DNA from: Candidatus Binatia bacterium
GTDB lineage: Bacteria; Desulfobacterota; Binatia; Bin18
Length of the DNA stretch: 44,406 nt
Direction of reading: 5' to 3'
NCBI GenBank assembly: GCA_963666315.2
Contig: CAXXHG010000028.1
Span: 1-44,406, forward strand
Below, one piece after another: positions 39,491 through 44,406 of this stretch. Below the pieces are notes generated by a model. That model saw nothing but the letters and a program-made list of their open reading frames with translations, had not been told where the DNA came from and searched no databases. The stretch's first letter is position 1, and each line of letters opens with the position of its first letter. Made by a program: the position numbers and the translations under genes.

Positions 39491-41764
39491 TTAGAGTCGC
39501 AGAGTGATGGGCTCCAGCGCGTCACTGGGCGGCTGGACTGTGCCAATAATAACCGCCTGGTCATACCCCAGAGACTGAAGCTCCTGAACACAGGCTGGTG
39601 CTTGATCCGCAGGCAGGCTGGCCAAGAGTCCGCCTGCGGTCTGTGGATCAAAGATGAGGGGATAACGCGGATGGGGTGAGACCTGTTCAATATCTCGAAT
39701 CGCACGCCGCAGCCGAATATTCTGCGGTTGCAGGGATGAGAAGATCCCCTGTTCAATGACATCCAGGGCACCGGGAAGAATGGGCACTTGGTCAAGGCGC
39801 AGCTCAACATCGACTTCTGACGCACGGACCATTTCCACCAAATGCCCCAGCAGGCCAAATCCGGTGACATCGGTCATAGCCGTGGTCTTGTATTTGCGCA
39901 GGCATGCCGACCCGGCACGATTCGACAGACACATCGAGACCAGGGCGGTTTCGATCCAGCGGCTCTTGGCCTTACGGCGCATATCTGCAGCAAACAAAGC
40001 TCCCGTGCCCAAGGCTTTGGTGAGGACGAGCGCCTGACCAGGCTGCATGCCGCTCTTTTTCAGTACCGTGGCCTGATCAGCCAGGCCGTTGATCGCAAAG
40101 CCCAGTGCCAGCTCACTGCCTTCACTCGTATGCCCGCCGACGAGGGCCGTGCGCTCTTGATTCAGGACGGCGATAGCGCCGGCCATGAGCTGGGTGAGCT
40201 GATCTTCGACCTTATGTTCCAAGCCATACGGGATGGTGACCATGGCCAGCGCGGATTGCGGCTCAGCCCCCATGGCGAAGATGTCGCCCAGGGCGTGCGT
40301 GGCCGCAATTTTGCCAAAGATAAACGGGTCCTCAATAAAAGCCCGAAAAAAATCCACGGTCTGGACTACGACTTTTCCTGCCGGCACGGACACAACGGCA
40401 GCGTCATCCGGCGGGTGCAGGCCGACTAAGACGTCCGGCCGCTCGACTGGTTGCAGCTGGCTGAGCGCACGGGTCAGGACGGAACTGCCGACCTTGGCTC
40501 CGCAGCCGCCACAGCGCATGGCCAGGGCGGTGATATCCTTGATCACCTGCGGGTCGGCTAAGCGCGGATCAATATCCGACTGCTCGTCGGCGGCCTCGTC
40601 CATTGCGGGTAGCTGGTTGTATTTTTGAACAAAGCGCCGGTCTATCCAGTCCTTCCACTTCCACACCCAGCGTCCTTCCAGGGCCCACCCAGAACGTGAC
40701 GCAACGGCGTATTGATCTCCGGTTGAAATCAAACTCAGAAATTGCTTCTGGGGCGTAAACGGTTTCAGGGCGAGCCCGCGCACAGAGCGGCGCAGATTAT
40801 CTGCCAGCGGTGGACCTTGGCGGACAGCAAACACGCCGGATTTTGGGCGGGGATGATGCACCACCGCCGCAATATCTCCGGCAGCAAACACCTCGGCATG
40901 AGAGATCGACTGCAGACTATCCCGGACTGCGATAAAGCCGTGTTCATCGGTCTCCAGCCCCGATTCCCCAGGCCAAGTGGCGGCGACAGCCGTCGTGACC
41001 CACAGGACTTCATCCAACTCCAGAGGTGTTCCATCCGGGCAGAGAATATGTCCGCTAGACGCATGCGTCACCTGGCAGTTCGTTTTGATTTCAATATGGC
41101 GTTCATTCAGAATGCGGCGAAATTTGGAACGAACGCGGGCATTATGCGTGGGCAGGATATCGGCGGCGCCCGTCACGATATGGAAGACCAAGTCGCCAGT
41201 TGACCTGTTTTCCTGAACAAGTAATTGCATCAGGCGGTACTGGACGGCGAGGAGTAATTCAATACCACCCGCTCCACCCCCGATCACCCCGATGTGGGTC
41301 CGCTCAGTGCGTGCCAGGCACCGCTCGCGCAACTTTTCCCAGTGGCGCCAAAAGCCGTCGATAGGTTTGACCGGGACGCCGACTTGCTGTGCACCGGGAA
41401 TATTCATCATGGCCGGCGCAGAACCAATATTGATCGACAGCACGTCATACGGCACCGGTGGACGGTGCCGGCAGCGGACCTGTTTGCGGCTGAGATCCAG
41501 CCCGATCACTTCATCATGAAAAAAGCGTGCGCCGGCAAATCGAGACAGCGGCCCAAGATCTATATGCGCGTCGTCAAATTCATAATGCCCGGCAATATAC
41601 CCGGGCAGCATGCCCGAATACGGAGCGTGCGTGTCGCGACAGATAAGTGTCAATCGCAGCCCAGGCAACGGCTGCATGCCGAATTTTTTGAGGACCGTAA
41701 CGTGACTGTGTCCTCCACCTATGAGGACCAGGTCTTTAACGACCGGAGTTTGACTTAATTGCAT
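39491..41764 (-). CDS. selD: Selenide,water dikinase SelD fused to N-terminal FAD-dependent pyridine nucleotide-disulfide oxidoreductase
   Basis: [37 protein letters not shown]; [54 protein letters not shown]. Confidence 0.95.
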   Translation of the reverse strand: MQLSQTPVVKDLVLIGGGHSHVTVLKKFGMQPLPGLRLTLICRDTHAPYSGMLPGYIAGHYEFDDAHIDLGPLSRFAGARFFHDEVIGLDLSRKQVRCRHRPPVPYDVLSINIGSAPAMMNIPGAQQVGVPVKPIDGFWRHWEKLRERCLARTERTHIGVIGGGAGGIELLLAVQYRLMQLLVQENRSTGDLVFHIVTGAADILPTHNARVRSKFRRILNERHIEIKTNCQVTHASSGHILCPDGTPLELDEVLWVTTAVAATWPGESGLETDEHGFIAVRDSLQSISHAEVFAAGDIAAVVHHPRPKSGVFAVRQGPPLADNLRRSVRGLALKPFTPQKQFLSLISTGDQYAVASRSGWALEGRWVWKWKDWIDRRFVQKYNQLPAMDEAADEQSDIDPRLADPQVIKDITALAMRCGGCGAKVGSSVLTRALSQLQPVERPDVLVGLHPPDDAAVVSVPAGKVVVQTVDFFRAFIEDPFIFGKIAATHALGDIFAMGAEPQSALAMVTIPYGLEHKVEDQLTQLMAGAIAVLNQERTALVGGHTSEGSELALGFAINGLADQATVLKKSGMQPGQALVLTKALGTGALFAADMRRKAKSRWIETALVSMCLSNRAGSACLRKYKTTAMTDVTGFGLLGHLVEMVRASEVDVELRLDQVPILPGALDVIEQGIFSSLQPQNIRLRRAIRDIEQVSPHPRYPLIFDPQTAGGLLASLPADQAPACVQELQSLGYDQAVIIGTVQPPSDALEPITLRL

Positions 41765-42019
41765 GCATACGCTTTCTCAAAGATAGAATGTCTCCCCAGT
41801 CATATAGGCACAGAAAGCGAGAAGAAATGGGAGTAGGACCGAGAGAGTGAATTTTGTCCTCCTCTAAAGACCGCGCGTACTCGCCCTTGTCCCAATTTAA
41901 GCGGAATAAGCTGTCTGAGGAGGAACGGAGTCGCAGCGCCTAAAAGCTTCTCCCCTCTTGGGAGGGAATTATATACCTTACTTGACAAAGAGCGGCACAG
42001 GTGGTAGCTGTGCACGATT

Positions 42020-42367
42020 ATGTGGCGTGGACGCCTACTTACCCTCGTGGGGCTGCTTGCCGGTTGGGCGGGTAGCTTTATGGTGGAGCCATTGTTTCCG
42101 TTAGGTGATCCTCGATGGTCCGTGTTCCCCATTGCTTGGATTATCTTGGCTCTCATTTTGTACAGAAAAGAGATTCACCATTGGTTTTCATCGAAGCCCT
42201 GGTCAAGAAAAAAGCATTTCACGGGGAATGCCCAACCGACAAGGTTTCATGTCAGCATGCCCCCGGCCACAGGAACTACTACCCCACCTTCGCTATGCTT
42301 CAGGCTCCGACACCATGCCTTGAATCTTGTAAGGAAGGTATGGGGCAAGGATAGAACCGAAGAGTGA
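42020..42367 (+). CDS. Hypothetical membrane protein
   Basis: Two N-terminal hydrophobic segments; C-terminus looks random. Confidence 0.35.
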   Translation: MWRGRLLTLVGLLAGWAGSFMVEPLFPLGDPRWSVFPIAWIILALILYRKEIHHWFSSKPWSRKKHFTGNAQPTRFHVSMPPATGTTTPPSLCFRLRHHALNLVRKVWGKDRTEE

Positions 42368-42393
42368 CAGTTGTAGTGTCTCATCAAGCAAGG

Positions 42394-42417
42394 GCTCGCC
42401 CTGGACGCAGGGCGAGC
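42394..42417. terminator. GC-rich hairpin between convergent ORFs
   Basis: GCTCGCCCTG-GACG-CAGGGCGAGC, 10-bp stem, no U-tract. Confidence 0.4.
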
Positions 42418-42426
42418 GGCTCATAA

Positions 42427-42609
42427 TTACCCAGCAACCGGAGCCGACTTCTTTGTGTCTTTCGGGAGCGGCGTTTTAGCCCCGCCAAACATCTTGTGAT
42501 CAGCCTGGCGGAACATCGCCGTTGCCAGTTCGCGTGGATCAGTCGGCATAGGCCGGTTTGGTTGCTTCGCTCCCTTGGTGGATTTCGTCTTCATCGCCTT
42601 TGCCATCAT
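42427..42609 (-). CDS. Small basic hypothetical protein (IS1595 passenger)
   Basis: AAGGGGGA RBS right after the HNH stop; PTDPRELATAMFR. Confidence 0.5.
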   Translation of the reverse strand: MMAKAMKTKSTKGAKQPNRPMPTDPRELATAMFRQADHKMFGGAKTPLPKDTKKSAPVAG

Positions 42610-42619
42610 TCCCCCTTTT

Positions 42620-43842
42620 TCAATCCCGTAAGCCGCTGGCTTTCAATTTGGCAATAAACTGTTCTTGTGATTTCGTCCCCTTCATCGAGTTACATGCGTT
42701 GCAAAGCAGTTGCAAGTTGTCGAAGTGGTCACTTCCGCCTTTTGACTGTGGAACGATATGGTCAATGGTCATGTTACGAAATGGGAACATGACGAGACAC
42801 CCCGTGCAAATCCCCTCTTGCTTGCCATAGAGCGTATGCTTGTGCGTCCGGTAGTTCGGCAACTCCCCTAAGTCCGTCCGGCGGGGAATGTCTACCCGGT
42901 GGTTGATATCATAGAACAGCCCCATTTCCTTTTCTAAGCGGACCTTAACGAGCTTTGCCGCCAAGGAGGAGATGTCAATCCCTACCCATTGCCTCCCCAG
43001 TCTCTCGGCAGAGATGCAGGCCGTCGCGCACCCTGCAAAAGGATCAAGAATCATATCGCCGGGGTTGGAACTGGCTTGAATGATCCGGTCTAGTAGCTTC
43101 AGCGGCTTTTGGGTGGGATACCCTAAATGCTCCCTGGCATTGAGCTGGAGTTGGGGCATGAAAAAGGCGGCATTCGGAGGAGTCCCTTTTCCCATATAGG
43201 ACTTCGCCCCTTTGATGATCTTATACCGGCCCCCTTCGTCTTCCTTATCATAACGCGCTATGGTGAGTGGACGGTAAGGCTCGGTGATTGCTTCCCAATT
43301 AAAGTGATATTCATTCCCCTTACTATAGAAAAGGATCAGATCATAGTTCTTTTTATACGCGCGTTTACTCGCATGAAAAGTGGAGTATTGCCAAACCAAT
43401 TCATTTCTAAAATGTTCCCACCCGAAAATGGCATCTAGCGCGATTTTCAAGTAGTGCCCCGCAGTCGGATCACAATGCAGGTACAGACTGCCCGTAGGTT
43501 TTTGAGCACGCGCTGTAATTCCAATAACCGCACTGCCATCATAATCAGATACGATTTCATGCTCTTGCCGTGGCTTAATACAGCGGCGTCAATAATGGCA
43601 TATAACGTCGGCTCTTTGTCCGCGATTTCCCCGTGCCATGCCTCGTCTACGTCACTCAAGGTCCAGGTATCTTTGAACGCTGCCCCGGCTGCCTGTGATC
43701 CGATCGGCGCGGAATAGTTCTTGTTAGAATTGAACGGCGGGTCCAGGTAGATGAGGTCTACCGACTCGGAGTTCATCCCCCTGAGAATGTCAAGATTGTC
43801 TCCGGTCCAGAGGGTGCGGTTCTGCCAGTTGGGCTCTGCCAT
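42620..43842 (-). pseudogene. N6A/N4C DNA methyltransferase (beta class) fused to C-terminal HNH endonuclease, single frameshift
   Basis: GDNL.IL...VDLIYLDPPFNS; frameshift at A5 (43499-43503), restoring [17 protein letters not shown]; YPTQKP..LL.RII..SS..GD.ILDPF.G..T; C..C...[24 protein letters not shown]. Confidence 0.88.
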
Positions 43843-43850
43843 GTATTCCT

Positions 43851-44406
43851 CTATGCAATCAAGTCCTGATACCGTAGGCGCTTCCCACTCATGCCCAGCG
43901 CCATCAGACTCATTTGATCGATGGTGTCTAGGGGGCGGGTATTGTGACGGCCTGAGAACTCGTTCACATAGCGGTTTAAGTGCTTTACACTCATCTTGTG
44001 GTAGGTGCCGTAGTAGCCGCGCCTCAAGGCAGCCCAGAAGCTCTCAATGCCGTTGGTATGCGCTTGTCCGTTGACGTACTCACCTGCGGAATGCTTGACC
44101 GCCTCGTGATTCTCCAGGCCAATGTAACCGCCGTGCTCGTCCGTGTAGACCTTCGCGCCGGGAGCAATCCGGGCATTCACAAAGCCTTGTAAGGTTTCTT
44201 GGTTCGTGTGCTCGACTACCTTTGCCTGAACCGTGTTTGTCTTTCTGTCCTTCATGCCTACGACGGCTGTCTTGCCTACTGTCCCGTTGGCGTTCTTGAT
44301 CTTCTTGTCAGCGTGCTTAGTGGCGTTGCGGCCACCCAGGTAAGCCTCGTCAACCTCGACTGGTCCGTCCGCCTTTCTTCGTCCAAGTTCCACGCTTCCC
44401 GTATCC
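43851..44406 (-). CDS. IS1595 family DDE transposase (5' part outside window; apparent frameshift near 44375)
   Basis: GPVEVDE.YLGG, K.AVVG, VYTDE..GY, V.HS.GEYV.G..HTNGIESFWA.L.RG..G.YH..S.KHL.RYV.EF..R.N. The upstream IREAW motif lies in a different frame. Confidence 0.92.
   Translation of the reverse strand, partial: DTGSVELGRRKADGPVEVDEAYLGGRNATKHADKKIKNANGTVGKTAVVGMKDRKTNTVQAKVVEHTNQETLQGFVNARIAPGAKVYTDEHGGYIGLENHEAVKHSAGEYVNGQAHTNGIESFWAALRRGYYGTYHKMSVKHLNRYVNEFSGRHNTRPLDTIDQMSLMALGMSGKRLRYQDLIA

Larger units (their letters stand above)
41964..44406 (-). mobile_element. IS1595-family element with passenger genes (one end probably at 41964; the other lies outside the window)
   Basis: Transposase followed at 8-10 bp spacing by MTase-HNH and a small ORF. 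GGGAATTATATAC at 41964 resembles IS1595-type termini (from memory; the partner IR is not visible). Confidence 0.55.

Noticed and set aside
1-44406. CRISPR array, tRNA or rRNA
   Set aside because: No regularly spaced direct repeats, cloverleaf signatures or rRNA-like sequence were seen by eye.

Overview
Bacterial window of moderately high GC with a heavy load of broken genes and mobile-element scars. The left part (1-8110) is a PspA/IM30 - CesT/Tir-like chaperone - DUF4178 - lipoprotein - DUF350 - membrane-fused aminopropyltransferase - SpeD-like locus. It is interrupted by two paralogous genes of an unrecognised family and by a receiver-domain fragment. The middle holds metabolic genes (two LLM oxidoreductases, SnoaL, sigma-70, MOSC, GFA, DAHP synthase, TesA/YbbA/YbbP, acyl-CoA dehydrogenase, desaturase, SDRs, VOC, MFS, NUDIX, DUF420, oxidoreductase-SelD fusion). 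Several genes are pseudogenes: ettA, ybbP, a GNAT, a DUF5519-like gene, a hybrid kinase and a RelE-like toxin. Mobile DNA comprises an internally deleted IS256 with intact ends and an 8-bp target duplication, a decayed RAYT flanked by REPs, an IS110-family remnant inserted into one of those REPs, and an IS1595 element apparently carrying a DNA methyltransferase-HNH fusion. The most striking signal is the IS110 3' non-coding end. It folds into a two-loop bridge/seekRNA-like structure whose loop segments match the REP insertion site (ACCCAAC-CT-ACG) and the element's own end. All family calls are from motif recognition by eye; no searches were run.
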